Shown here: positions 32,261-43,396 of the stretch, piece after piece
How the letters are laid out: each line of letters begins with the position of its first letter
Position numbering within the stretch: the stretch's first letter is position 1
DNA from: Rhodosorus marinus CCMP1338
Taxonomy: Eukaryota > Plantae > Rhodophyta
Length of the DNA: 64,000 bases
Assembly: GCA_029953675.1 (NCBI GenBank)
Contig: JAMWBK010000001.1
Location: 1,550,001-1,614,000, forward strand
Reading direction: 5' to 3'
Position numbers and translations under genes: made by a program
Notes under the pieces: model-generated
Database searches by the model: none
Told to the model about the DNA's origin: nothing
Seen by the model: the letters and a program-made list of their open reading frames with translations, nothing else

Positions 32261-33669
32261 CTAATCGTGCTTCTCCCCCTTAGACCCGGGGGAGTCGGTC
32301 CTCGCTCTCTTACCTCCTATCCGCACCAAAGTCGTGAGCCTCCCACTCCGCGAGGCTCGCGGAACGGATCCCGCGGGCTTCAGCAAAGTAACCTGGGCGT
32401 CCTCCACCGCCATGCCCTCAGTCTGCTCCCCTGCCTCACCACTCTCGCTGGAAGTAGTGCTGGAAGCAGAGCCCTCCAAAATCCCCACCCGCTGCAGCTC
32501 TGTCTTGTAGCGCGAAGTCAGCACAAGTCGCCTCTCCAGATCGAAGAAACTGGAAACCGCCATGCGCAGGTGACGAGGGCCCGACCGGAACCGCGCCAAC
32601 AAGATCCTCTCAAGGCGCTGAATCCGTAGCCAATGGATCGCTGCCGCCTTCACGCTGCTCTCATGCTCAGAGAGCCCTGCCGTTTCTCCCGGAGACAGGA
32701 AATTGCCCGAGAAACGGTCAAAATCGAAGTGCAAAACCACCTGCGGGTTGCAGCGCAGCCACCGGGCGCTCTCAGGCCACTGCTCGGTAGGCTTCGCCAG
32801 CAAGGCCTCCAGGTACTTGGCGGCGGTTGCGGAGACCAAAAACAGCACATCGCGGCCCTCATAGTTTGCGAAGAAGAAATCACCCCGGCTGCACCCTAAC
32901 GATTCCGCAAAAGTGTCCCGGAAGTCTCGCATAGACGGGACCTGTCCTCGTGTAGTCTGGGGCCGGACATTTCGCACCCACAGAAATTGGAGAGTGGTCT
33001 CCACAGGTCCATCCTGAGGCTCGCGAGATGGTATGAAACGGAGCATAGCCGCCGTACGTGTGGCAGTGGTGCCCTTCCGCAAGACTGATGCGTACGAAGC
33101 GCCCCCTTGCGGCCACCACGTGCCCCCGAAGTAGCCGGGAGCTGGTGACGACCTGAGGGCTGGTCCAAGAGAGGGAAGTCCACAGCTGCAGTCTCCTCCA
33201 CACCGGTTGCCGCACAGTCACCACCACCATTGCCTCGAGTCCCCGAGCGCTGAAGCGCGTTTTGGCCCGGCCTGCCGCTCCCCAACGTCGTACTGTCCCG
33301 CGCAGAAGCAACAGCCCTCGCCTGTCCCGGGACAGGTTCATGTTGATTGACCGGATGTTGACTGCCTTCAGCCAACGCTGCCACTCTGGGGCAATTCAAA
33401 TTCTCGTCCGAATTTGAATTTGACCTGGCCAGCAATCCCGATTCCAGCCCACCTAGCTTCTGGGTGAGCTGAGGGAGCACTCCACGATCACTCGCAGCCG
33501 TGATCAGGCTGGTGACAGCGGAGATAAGTGAACGCGCCTGGGTGCCAGAAGCGCCTTCCAAGTCAACCTCGGAAGAAAACGTGCCGCAGCTGAGGCGAAC
33601 ACGGAGTCCCCCACCTGGCAGTGCCTCCTTGGGAAAAGGCTCCGTCGAGTGCGGAGATATCCCTACCAT
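32261..33669 (-). CDS. Family A ORF1 (about 469 aa after restoring one G near 33105), function unknown
   Basis: Track ORFs 32896..33744 and 32261..33082 join using the G6 run of copy A1 (A5 has G5). Homologous to B ORF1 along its length. Confidence 0.8.
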
Positions 33670-33949
33670 CCTGAGGGAATCCGCCAAGGAAACGTTGCAC
33701 CACCAATATGAAACCGCACCGAGAGAATAATCGACCAAACCCAACCCAAATAGGAAAGGCCCCGCAACTCACCCACCCGGAAGACAGAAGTAGTTGCAAA
33801 TGCAAACGACGCCCCGCGGAAAATCGAGGGGAAGGCGTACCAGAGGAAGCGCTTCCCGTAAACGAACACGCTCGCGACCGAAAAAGAAACAAAACCCCAA
33901 TCCTCGACAACTAGCATAGCCTCCTACTAGCATGGGGGGGGGGGTACCC

Positions 33950-35900
33950 ACACAACTGTAACTCGCTCGGTTTTTTTTTTGACGAAAAGCACTGGAGCCC
34001 CCCATTGGCTGTTGGAAGGCGTTATGAAGCCTTTCTCGATGAGGTTCTCCAGCTGAGTGTTCAACTCTCGCCGCTCCAATGGCGATAGTCGGTACGGGCA
34101 CTTGAACACCGGCTTCACGCCGCCTGTTTCAATTTCTGCGTCCTGCTCCCGATGTGGCGGTAGTTTCTCCAAGGTATCGACGAAGAGCTCATCGAACTCT
34201 CTCCGTAGCTCCTTCTCGGCTGCGCTCACTTCCTTCGTCGTTCCCGGATTCTCCATGCGCGGATTTGGAGAACACCGATATTCTCGTCACCGCCGACTGC
34301 TACTTCCTTTCGTCCGACCAGCAGCACCTCCGTGACGTCACTCGGTGTAGGCTGAAGTTTGAGGCACCGTAGTGATTCGTCCTGCCCTAGATCGTTCACC
34401 GCCGTCAGGAACCCGTCACCTGGGTGGATTATTACGCGGTTGCGCTTTAATGGGGAGTGCCCGAAGCCATCCAGGATAATACCAGGATCGCTTCGGGCAC
34501 TCCCCATTCTGCGACTCGAAACGTCTCCTCACTGCGCCACTGTAGTGTACATTCCACCGCGATCCTTCTGACTACGCCTACGCGTAATGAGTGTCCGAAC
34601 GCTGCACCCAGCGACTCGGTCGCCTTCGGCACCGTGGATTGCATTTTGGCAGCCGCCGCGGTCGTCATCAGGTTTCACTTGTGCCCCACTGTCCACGACC
34701 GCACTGACCCTGACGCCGTCTACCTTTCCTGGATCCGCAACAACGGTTGCCGTTGGTCAGGTACGTCAGCGTCCTGCGATGGTCAACACCCGGGCTGCCG
34801 GGTCTTCACTCCCATCCTCCTTGCCTGACGGCGCCTCCACCATGTTCACCCTACCTTTCTGGTTCTGTCTTCTTTGCCGCGGCCCGCGCACCGTACCAAC
34901 CGCCAGCAGTACTAGGGCATCCAGGTGGGGTGATGGTTGGGGGACGATCTGTACTGGTCGTGACTTGGCCTGGCCGGCCGTTGGTTTCTACCTCGCGTCT
35001 TCGCCATCTTCCCCCTGGATCCGGATGTCTCCTCGGTAATTGACACTGCCAATTCTATGGCGTGTTGCTGTGACTTTGGTCGTAGTGCACGGACGTAGGC
35101 TCGTTGATGAGTCCGCAACCCCGCCACAAACAGCTGAGTCTGCATGAACTCGCTAAGGCACTCAGGGTCATACCTACGAAGATGATCCAATGTAGATTCA
35201 AGCTCCGTGGCATACTCATTAACCGTTGCCCCTTCCGGTTGACGCATCCTCTTCAGCTTCATCGCCAAGTCCACGTCCTGACTGTGACTGGCGAATCGCG
35301 TTCACAGGGCATTTTATAACGCTGCCCACGTTGTCCGTTGTGCCACGGGGAGGGTGCGGTACTTCGGTAGCGGTCTTTGCAAGCTCTCGAACCGCGATGA
35401 AGAGCACGTCACTGTCCTCCTCAAGGGTATAAACGGCCCTCAAGTGTTCGAGCTCGCTTATGAAGGTCTCGACGTCTGAAGTTCCGTCGAAAGTCGGGGA
35501 CTCAGACTTCTTTGGTAGTCGTCCCGATCGAGCTCCTTGCTGTTGTTGTAGCTGTTGCTGCTGTTGTTGTCGTTGTAGCTGTTGTACGCTCGCACAAGCT
35601 GCTCCGTCATCCGCTGCTGTTGCTCTAGTAGTTGTGCAACCGCGGGCATCCATGTACCCGGAGGAGGTTCGGGTTCCATTTTTCTTCAAACAGCAGGTTC
35701 CAGAGGCTTCAGCCCCGAAAACCCGCCAAATATTGGAACTTTTCGTCTCAGTAACCCCTTCACGAAGAGTTGCTTGATAAGTCCAACGAAATTTCCCCCT
35801 GCCTCCACTTTACTAAGCACTATCATACTCTACTCCGTCCTAGCCTATTTGTACCCTCAAACTAGCTCTCTACGTATCTTTCATCAAGACTAACTGCTAT
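33950..35900 (-). mobile_element. Decayed Ty3/gypsy LTR retrotransposon (gag and 5' part of RT)
   Basis: Gag-like PTFDGTSDVETFISELE and RQPEGATVNEYATEL..LFVAGL; RT start KPVFKCPYRLSPLERRELNTQLENLIEKGFITPSNSQWGAPVLFVKK. Confidence 0.88.
34449..34508. repeat. Inverted repeat with a perfect 19-bp stem inside the gypsy remnant
   Basis: AATGGGGAGTGCCCGAAGC ... GCTTCGGGCACTCCCCATT, plus inner ATCC/GGAT pairing. Confidence 0.95.
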
Positions 35901-35958
35901 TTTTGGTGCCCATCGCTGTTCTATTTTTGGTGCCGCAGTTGACTGCAGTTACCCCTTG

Positions 35959-35998
35959 GTCTCGCCTAGCCTGACGTCTACGTCAGGCTAGGCGAGAC
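35959..35998. repeat. Perfect 19-bp-stem hairpin with a 2-nt loop
   Basis: GTCTCGCCTAGCCTGACGT-CT-ACGTCAGGCTAGGCGAGAC. Confidence 0.97.
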
Positions 35999-36129
35999 GT
36001 ACTCCGTTGTCAACCGGGCCCTGATGGTGTCGTTCCGTCCGGCTGCGAACCGTGCGCCAACAGAGTGAATGAGCACCGTCCATCGTAGTCGGAGACTAAC
36101 CGAACGTTAGAGTACTTATTGAATCCATT

Positions 36130-38835
36130 TGTTGCATGGGGTCCGGGTACGACGAATAAATGAAGGCACCGATGTTTGGGAAAAAGATTACAATAGAGGT
36201 CAATTTTCTACATGGTCTCATCGCTTAGTGCGATCACAAATACCTTTGTGTGATGGAAACCAGAGTGAGTTTGGCTGAGGGATCAGCAAACTATGGACCT
36301 GAAGTTATCCCCAGTATTTACGGGGGGGAGGAATCCCGAAATGCCTTCGGGCAGTGGAAATACCAGTTACAGACGTTTCTCCGGCTCAAGGAAGCAGCAA
36401 ACGTACTAGTGGACGGCAGGGGAGTCGACAACAAAGACGCAGAATATGTGTCTGCTGTCCTAGGGCGGGTTCTGGTGGGGCAAGCGCTTGATATAGTCAT
36501 CGGCGCAGGGGAAAACCGAAGGACCAATGGGATCATCTTCGCGAAATATACGACACGATGGCAATAAGAAACGCGGACAGCGTTTGGGCCCGTGTTCACC
36601 GACGCAAGATGAGGCCCACAGAAAGCGCTCCCGCGCTAACTTCGTGGCTAGACAAGGAGTTCGCCGAGATACGAGAAATCTCTGGCGAGACTCCGAAGGA
36701 CTCTGAGAGGTTAAGAGTGATGAGAAAAATCCTTGAGGACCGGCTAGAATTCTAGGATTTCCTCTTTAACACGTGGATAGATCCTAACCTCTCGTGGGCG
36801 ATGTTGTGCAGGAACCTCGAAGAGTACACAGGAAGTTGGCAAGAACGCCAATAGGAGGAACCCAAATCCAAAGAGAGGCGCATGGGAGGGAAACCCCTGA
36901 TGGCCGCGACCCAAGCGACCAGGAAGACGCACAAGTTCAGGTGATACAATTGCGGCTCACGGGGACCACTTCAAGATTACATGTCCAGAACCGGAAGAGC
37001 CAAAGAAGTTCCATGCCAGCATCGTCAGAGACGCGGAAGGCTCAACGCGCTTCTTCCTCGTGCCACCGACCACGTATGCGTCGATAAGGAGGCGTTCAGG
37101 ACCCTCACAACAATCCCGAAGGTCGGAATCACCCTCGGAGACGGGAGAGAAAAGGGAGCTAGACGCAAGAGGAGCAAGTGGATCTCCATACGTAATATAG
37201 AACTCTGCTGACGCTCAACAACACCTATTACTTGAAAGGCGGTGCAAAGAACGTGATTAGCTTGAGCAGGCTAATGGAAAAGGGCCTCAAAATTAGCAGC
37301 ACGAGTCGCGCAGTTTTAGAAATCAGTAAAGAAGGAACGAAAGTTTTGACATGTTACTTGAAACGGGGCCTCTTAGTAACTAATTTATGGACTGCAAAGA
37401 TACACCCTTCGGTAACTGTGAAATTTACTGGGCAACTACCTAATGCAGCGCAACACTAACCTCGTAGCCTTTATTCGGCAGCTACCCACCGCAGCGCAAT
37501 ACCACTACTCTATGTACCCCAGACTAACGTAACCGTAAACTTTACTGGGCAGCTGCCTACTGCATCGCACAACTATTTCCACCCCAGACTAACGGGCGAA
37601 ATACGGCATCCCTCATGCTGAGCACAGAAGGCTAATTCACCCAAACTCAGAGGCGACAAGAAGTTTGATGAGCGCGGGGTTGAGATTAGCACAGATGAGA
37701 GCACCCCAAACCCCCTCGACTGCGAGGATTGCCTGAGGCGAAAACGACGGTGAAGCAAAAGTCTGGACACCTACGACACGGAAGTTTTCAGTGAAAGCCT
37801 GCATTCAGACATTGCAGTGCCATTCCCGGAAGGAGTGCAACAGGATAGATACCTCGTAGTCTTCCCCGATGAGGCTAGCGGATGGCCAGGAGTTTACCCG
37901 CTGCAAAGCGAGTTGTGGTCGACGAGGCGTTCAAGGAGCACATCATGTAACCTGAAAACCCAGCTGGGAGCGACGGTGAACAGGCTGAAGTAAAAAAAAA
38001 GAAGAAAATGCAAAGGAGTACGAATCTATGGAATATATCCTGAAGGAAAGAGGTATTGTATGGGACGTATCCGCCCCATATACGCCTGCCAGCACCGGGA
38101 TAGCAGAAAGGATGGTCAGAACGGTCACCAAAAGGATCATGTATCTATAACAGCGGCGTACCAAATTGCTTCTGGACGGAAACTTTGGAGACAGTGACAC
38201 GGAGGACTGAACAACACACCGAGAGCGTCCCTTGGAAACATAGTCCCCCACGAGTACGTCCTTGGAACGAAGCCGAATCTACAGAGCCTATGCACGTCCG
38301 GGGCAGAGATCACCTTCAAAAAGGAGGGAAAGGGAAAACTGCCACATATTGCCCAGGGCAGTGTCCGGAATTCTTACGCAGGTGAGTAACGCCCGTGTAG
38401 CGAGAGCATACTTGTCAACAGAAGATAAATTTATACATACACGAAACTGGAACATACAGGAAGAGCAACGTCCTGCGAAAGCACAGAAGATTCGCAAGCC
38501 TGACAACGAATGGCCCGAATCGTCGGGAGAATCACAGAGCACACAACAAGTAGTAAACACCATAACCCTGAACTTGCTCCGAAACGAAGATCACATGTAA
38601 GCCATTGGCGGTCCATACGCGGCAGAGTGGAAGAGAGCAGCCGTTGAAGAAATTGGCTCACTGAGAGAAACGGGAAGATGGAAATAAATCTCCAAAGAGA
38701 TTTACCCAAGGGAAGGAGTTTCCTGAGCAGGGGTACTGTTTCACTCGAAACAGTACCCCTGCACCGCTTGTGATGAAGCGGTGACAAACTTCAAAGTAAG
38801 AATTGTCACTAGGGGATTTACGCAAGTTGACCGTC
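36130..38835 (+). mobile_element. Decayed Ty1/copia element, copy 1 (gag, protease, integrase, start of RT)
   Basis: QWKYQLQTFL gag; ATDHVCVDKEAF..ITLGDG protease region; PYTPASTGIAERMVRT integrase; ends at ..RGFTQ. Multiple stops and frameshifts. Confidence 0.85.
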
Positions 38836-38991
38836 AGAACTAAAAAGAAGGACGGAAGCAAGTTGTGTATTGACTCAATGCTTTACGATGTCGCGTGACT
38901 TCTATCTGTCTTAAAGGTAAATAATGAATAAGACTAGAGTACTAGAATCCGTCTATTTCTCATCTCATCATTACATTTTCCCCTGACCTTT

Positions 38992-39705
38992 TTATTGTGG
39001 CATTGGCATTGCCGTAGCCATAGGCTCAAGCTCCAACCGCGTTGCGCCAGGTATGCCAGTATTTGGCATTTGGGTCTCATTCGCATCATTTTCGCAATTG
39101 AGTCTTTGTGTGCAGGACACGACATCTCTATAAGACCTGATCGCACACTGTTCCTTACCCTTTTGCGGATAAGCCCACTTGGTGTAACGTCTTCCAACCT
39201 TGCGGCTCTTAACTTTCATGTACATGCATAGATCTGTGTTGCAGCAGCCTTCACCGTTGGAACCCTCAGGAACCTTAAACTCGCTCAGACAGACAGACAA
39301 GACCATCACACTCTTAGGCCCCCTCGTCCTCCTCTCCTGGTACCGCTTGTTGCCTCGATTCCTGCAGTCGCCCTGTATCCCTGCGTAAGCCTGCAGAAAC
39401 TTCCATCCTCTCTTGGCCGTGAAGTTGAACTTGACGCACGTTTTATCGTTTTCTTCGTCGACGGTGGTACATACTGTACCGACAAACTCGGGTCTCCTCC
39501 CACTATTAACGAGCACATAGCATTTTTCATCTCCATCACCGAGTTCAACGTTGTCAAAGTTGCTCGTATAGTCAGAGCATATCCTTAAATCTGATGAGTT
39601 TGATCTCCTCAAAGACAGCGCATCCTCGCTCAGGGAAACACCGCTGCCACAGGCCAGATTTGTGAGCAAACTGAGCACTATTGCCGCCACAGACAGTACC
39701 CTCAT
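38992..39705 (-). CDS. Predicted secreted Cys-rich protein (about 237 aa from Met at 39705)
   Basis: Open ORF (track 38992..39759); MRVLSVAAIVLSLLTNLACG signal-like; about 12 Cys and a basic C-terminal half. Confidence 0.78.
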   Translation of the reverse strand: MRVLSVAAIVLSLLTNLACGSGVSLSEDALSLRRSNSSDLRICSDYTSNFDNVELGDGDEKCYVLVNSGRRPEFVGTVCTTVDEENDKTCVKFNFTAKRGWKFLQAYAGIQGDCRNRGNKRYQERRTRGPKSVMVLSVCLSEFKVPEGSNGEGCCNTDLCMYMKVKSRKVGRRYTKWAYPQKGKEQCAIRSYRDVVSCTQRLNCENDANETQMPNTGIPGATRLELEPMATAMPMPQ

Positions 39706-40318
39706 CTTATCCCTTAAACACTGAAACTGGCACCTGTGGATTCGCACGACACAGAACACGAGCCTTACTGCCGTCTACACCCACTCTTCACAAGCTCTCT
39801 CCAACGTGCACGAACGACTTAGGAATATTTACTACAACCACCCACTCGCTCAGGACACGACGTATCCACCACATTGCACTGTCTACTTTCGAAAGGAACT
39901 GAGGGCGGATGTCTCAATGTAGTATACCTATATATACCTATGCATACATAGCAAAACTAGATACAATTGCTGGTGAGCACCGTGTGCCCTCCAAAAGCTT
40001 TTGAAGGCAACGCTGCTGAGCGGACAGGCCGGGGTCCAGATCAAAATGAAATTTGATCTTGTTCGCACTGTTGCCAGACCTCTATCCGACTTCTTCTGTT
40101 CCCAGAAACCACTCTCGCCCCTGATGTCCGATTAAACCATTCGTTCGTCGATGAAAGGTATGGCTTCAAGCACCTCCGAATCAAAATTCAAGGTCCAACT
40201 ACCATATGGGGGACCATATCCTACGTCGCATCGACCACGTTGACTACCTACTTTCGAAGGGAAATGATGGCTGATGTCGTCAATGTAGTATACGTATTTG
40301 ATGGTGGTGTAAAGTCAC

Positions 40319-40370
40319 CATCGTGCAACCCGACATCGTGCAACCCGACAAAGTGCAACCCGGCATCGTG
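40319..40370 (+). repeat. 15-bp tandem repeat (CATCGTGCAACCCGA) x about 3.5
   Basis: Read directly. Confidence 0.9.
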
Positions 40371-40624
40371 AAAATTGCAGAACACTATTCATTTATTTTA
40401 TTGAATCTAGTAAGCGCAGCCGTTGGGGATTCGTAAGTTCGGATGGAGCAATTCGTTGTTCAGGAAAGCCAGCCAACCTACTGCGCGCACAACCCGCCAG
40501 GGTGGAAAAAGATGAGCAGAAAACCGTGAATATGGAAAATTCATTCAAGGGGTGGCCATCGCAGAATTTCGACGATGTTGCGGAAATCATGCTTACAAGT
40601 GGTGGTTTTACTTAAGTGAAAAAA

Positions 40625-40760
40625 TTGCAAGATAAGAGGTGGTGGTTTTACTGGGTGGTTTTACTGGCTTTATAGGGGTGGTGGTTTTACTAACGTAGCC
40701 TGATGCGCTACGCAAAACGTAAAGGGAAACTAGGGGCTAGGAAGAAGAGCATGTAGATAA
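40625..40760 (-). mobile_element. E-type (A-related) 3' end with an (AGTAAAACCACC)-type tail
   Basis: Matches 52461-52520 and 26400-26475; GGTGGTTTTACT repeats on the plus strand. Confidence 0.72.
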
Positions 40761-41493
40761 GAGACTTGTTCACAAGCACAGGAGAGCGATGGGATAGCCC
40801 GCACATTGAGGTTATTAAGGCGAAACTGTTAACAAACAGATCCTATTATACGTTGACGACAGGGAGTACGGTAGACGGATAGGAAGGTCCGCACGTTGAG
40901 ATGGACTACGTTAGTCTGGGGATACGTTAACGCCAAACCGTTGACAAGCGGATCCCCGATTGTGCGTTCGCAAGGAGCACACGTGCCCAATAGGAAAGAA
41001 CGCGCAAAGAGATGGAGGGTCCGTCTAAACAATCATCTTTGGGACCCGGCCTTGCACCAGCGTCGTGTTGAACGCTGTTTTGATGTTGGAGGCGCGTGAT
41101 TGCCTTCAATAGTCCGTCTCTCCTCGTTGTTTCCCTTCTAAGTTTCCTGCTGTTGCCTATGAATGCTGCTTTCATATCGGAGGCCCGCGCGCGATCTTCG
41201 CCGTGCGTAGTTTCTTTTAGCTAACGGTTTTTAACCGTTAGCTATAAGCCGAATAATCAAATCATTCAACGTCATGTTTCCTGATGTACGTAAGTTTCCC
41301 TCCAATTGCTTTAATCGGAAATTGAAACAAAAACGGAGGGGGAAACAAGAATTCAGTGTTCATAGCTCTTGGCGTGTCCATCAGCTCCGTGCGGTAGCAA
41401 GTCTGAGCAATGATACCCTGCTAGTCACAAATTGATTCGCGATCATATGAATCCGTAGTTTCTCAACTTTTTAGCAACTCAAAAGGGGTACAA

Positions 41494-41690
41494 ATAGGGG
41501 AAACGTGAAGTTGCATAATAGGGGAAAGTTGCATAATACGATAGAGCTGAGGTTGCATAATAGGGGAAAGCTGAAGTTGCATGATACGATAGAGGTGAGG
41601 TTGCATAGTAAAGGGGAAAGCTGAAGTTGCATAATACGATAAAGGTGAAGTTGCATCACCGAGGAAAGGTGAGCTTGCATAACAGGGAAT
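41494..41690 (+). repeat. Minisatellite of about 24-bp units with eight TTGCAT cores and alternating spacers
   Basis: Units alternate GGGGAAAGCTGAAGTTGCATAATA and CGATAGAG(C/G)TGAGGTTGCATAATA. Confidence 0.9.
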
Positions 41691-42866
41691 AGGAGTGAAC
41701 ACGTGAAACAAATTCATTCATGAAATATCGGGCGACAATCTGTCGCTATCGGATAAAGCCCCTTTTTTCTTTCCAATTCAGATATGCTCCATAAGCTCAT
41801 ATTCGATTGGAATCCAACAAAATGTGCTCTGTTATTACAAATTTCACGGCCAATCAACGAACGATCCGATATCTTGAAGACGCAAACCCCCAACCAATGG
41901 TTTTTGACGTCACAGATGGTGGTCTAGCTTTTCAGTGTTCAATCACAACGCTTCGACTGTCGCGAACGAAAACTGACAACCCTACTATTTGTTCACTGTT
42001 ACGCTAGCTCGTGGGGGGTTTAATACTGCACGATAAGTTAGTCGCGCCTCCTTGAATTCCGCAGAAACCGCGGAGATAAACGTACCGCACAATACCACAC
42101 CACGGTTTTCATCTCTTCAAGAAGTCGTCTTCAACGGGCCAGGAAAGGAATAAGAAGTCCTGCTGACCGATACAGCTGATGATACCAGGCAACAACAGAA
42201 AACACACCCGAAAACCTCGCCCCCAGTTTGATAGATAGGCTCTCCACCTCTCCCCCACGCCGCACCGTCACCGTCAGGGGCAATCCAAACGCGAAGCTTG
42301 AAACATTATCACAACAAAAGTCCCTTTTTGTACATAGATTTTTCGTCAGTGTGTCGACACAGGAAAGAATCTATTAGATATTAAAAATATTAAGTTTGTT
42401 TCCATCTGAAAGTACAATTGGATACCGACATTTTAAAATACAAAAGAAAACAAAGACTGCAATTTGATCAAAAAGTCTATTCCCTCATGGGTTGTGGGTA
42501 TCTAGGACCTTATTAAACCATTCATTCATTTGGCATGTATATATTGCTTCACCTGTATAGATATAGGTATGCCTGAGCAAAACAAACGAAGTTCAAAAAT
42601 TAAAATCCAAACAAGAGCACCCGAAAATTAAGATTTTCTAGTGTAATATTTTCCTAGAATAGGAATGGAATAGGGAAAGCCTCGCGATACAGCGACCCTT
42701 TTGATTCAGTGGGAGCGAACGGGAGTTTTCGTTGTGAAGGCGATGGGAACTCTTGAAGATAGCAACCATTCGTTCGTTTGATTCAAACCTTATTGAATGA
42801 AAGTGCTTATAATCTTTGTGAGAAATCGTTGACCTCCGTCGTATTTCTCCAAACTTCGGTGCCCTC

Positions 42867-43323
42867 TGTTAGCAGATTAGATATAGTCGGTTACAATCGA
42901 ATGCTCGCCCTGGTATGTGAATGTTTGCATCCAGAAGCGTTTCTGGGATACGTCCAGTTCCAGGACAACCATAGGCCAATCCACGGCGGGGTAGCCTATG
43001 ATGTTTCTCATATTAATCGAGCTTGCAGAGGGGGAACTGAGGCGGTAGCATTATTGGACCGAGTCCGCTACTGACACAGAGGACTTATAAGCATTAGATG
43101 TGATTCGTAGTTTATCAGCCACTATAGCAATAAGGATCAAGCCTGGGTAGGATTAGAGTTTTTGCACGCTTGCACCTGCATGGACGTTTTCCCTTAGTCC
43201 AAAGATCTCAGGGACTGGTATTGCATCTATAGTGATCCTAGAGTCCATCAAGTATGGTTGGTTCGGAATAAAGAGGAGTATGTGCTGATGATATAACACT
43301 CATAGACCTAGTTTTGTTTAACA
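42867..43323 (+). mobile_element. Putative copia 5' LTR (TGTTA...TAACA)
   Basis: Ends in AACA immediately before the PBS; AATAAA at 43267; 5-bp inverted termini. The left boundary is inferred from TGTTAG only. Confidence 0.6.
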
Positions 43324-43337
43324 GGTTATGAGCCCAG
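43324..43337 (+). other. Primer-binding site GGTTATGAGCCCAG (complement of the tRNA-iMet anticodon arm)
   Basis: Reverse complement CTGGGCTCATAACC; this is the half-tRNA-iMet priming known for copia elements. Followed by a gag-like ORF at 43397. Confidence 0.8.
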
Positions 43338-43396
43338 CTCACGTTTTGAGCTGTGAAGAGGATAGGTGTTGATAATTGTGGTTGTAAGGAGGAACC

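Larger units (their letters stand above)
29090..33911 (-). mobile_element. Full-length family A RLE retrotransposon, copy A5 (best preserved)
   Basis: 5' end GTTGTCGAGG at 33911; ORF1 33669-32261; ORF2 32229-29159; 48-nt 3'UTR and (AGTAAAGTCC)-type tail. Only two single-base homopolymer differences break the frames. Confidence 0.96.

Noticed and set aside
41494-41690. Possible CRISPR array or repeat-protein gene
   Set aside because: Spacers are short and alternate between two sequences instead of being unique. There are no cas genes, the context is eukaryotic, and the ORFs are short.
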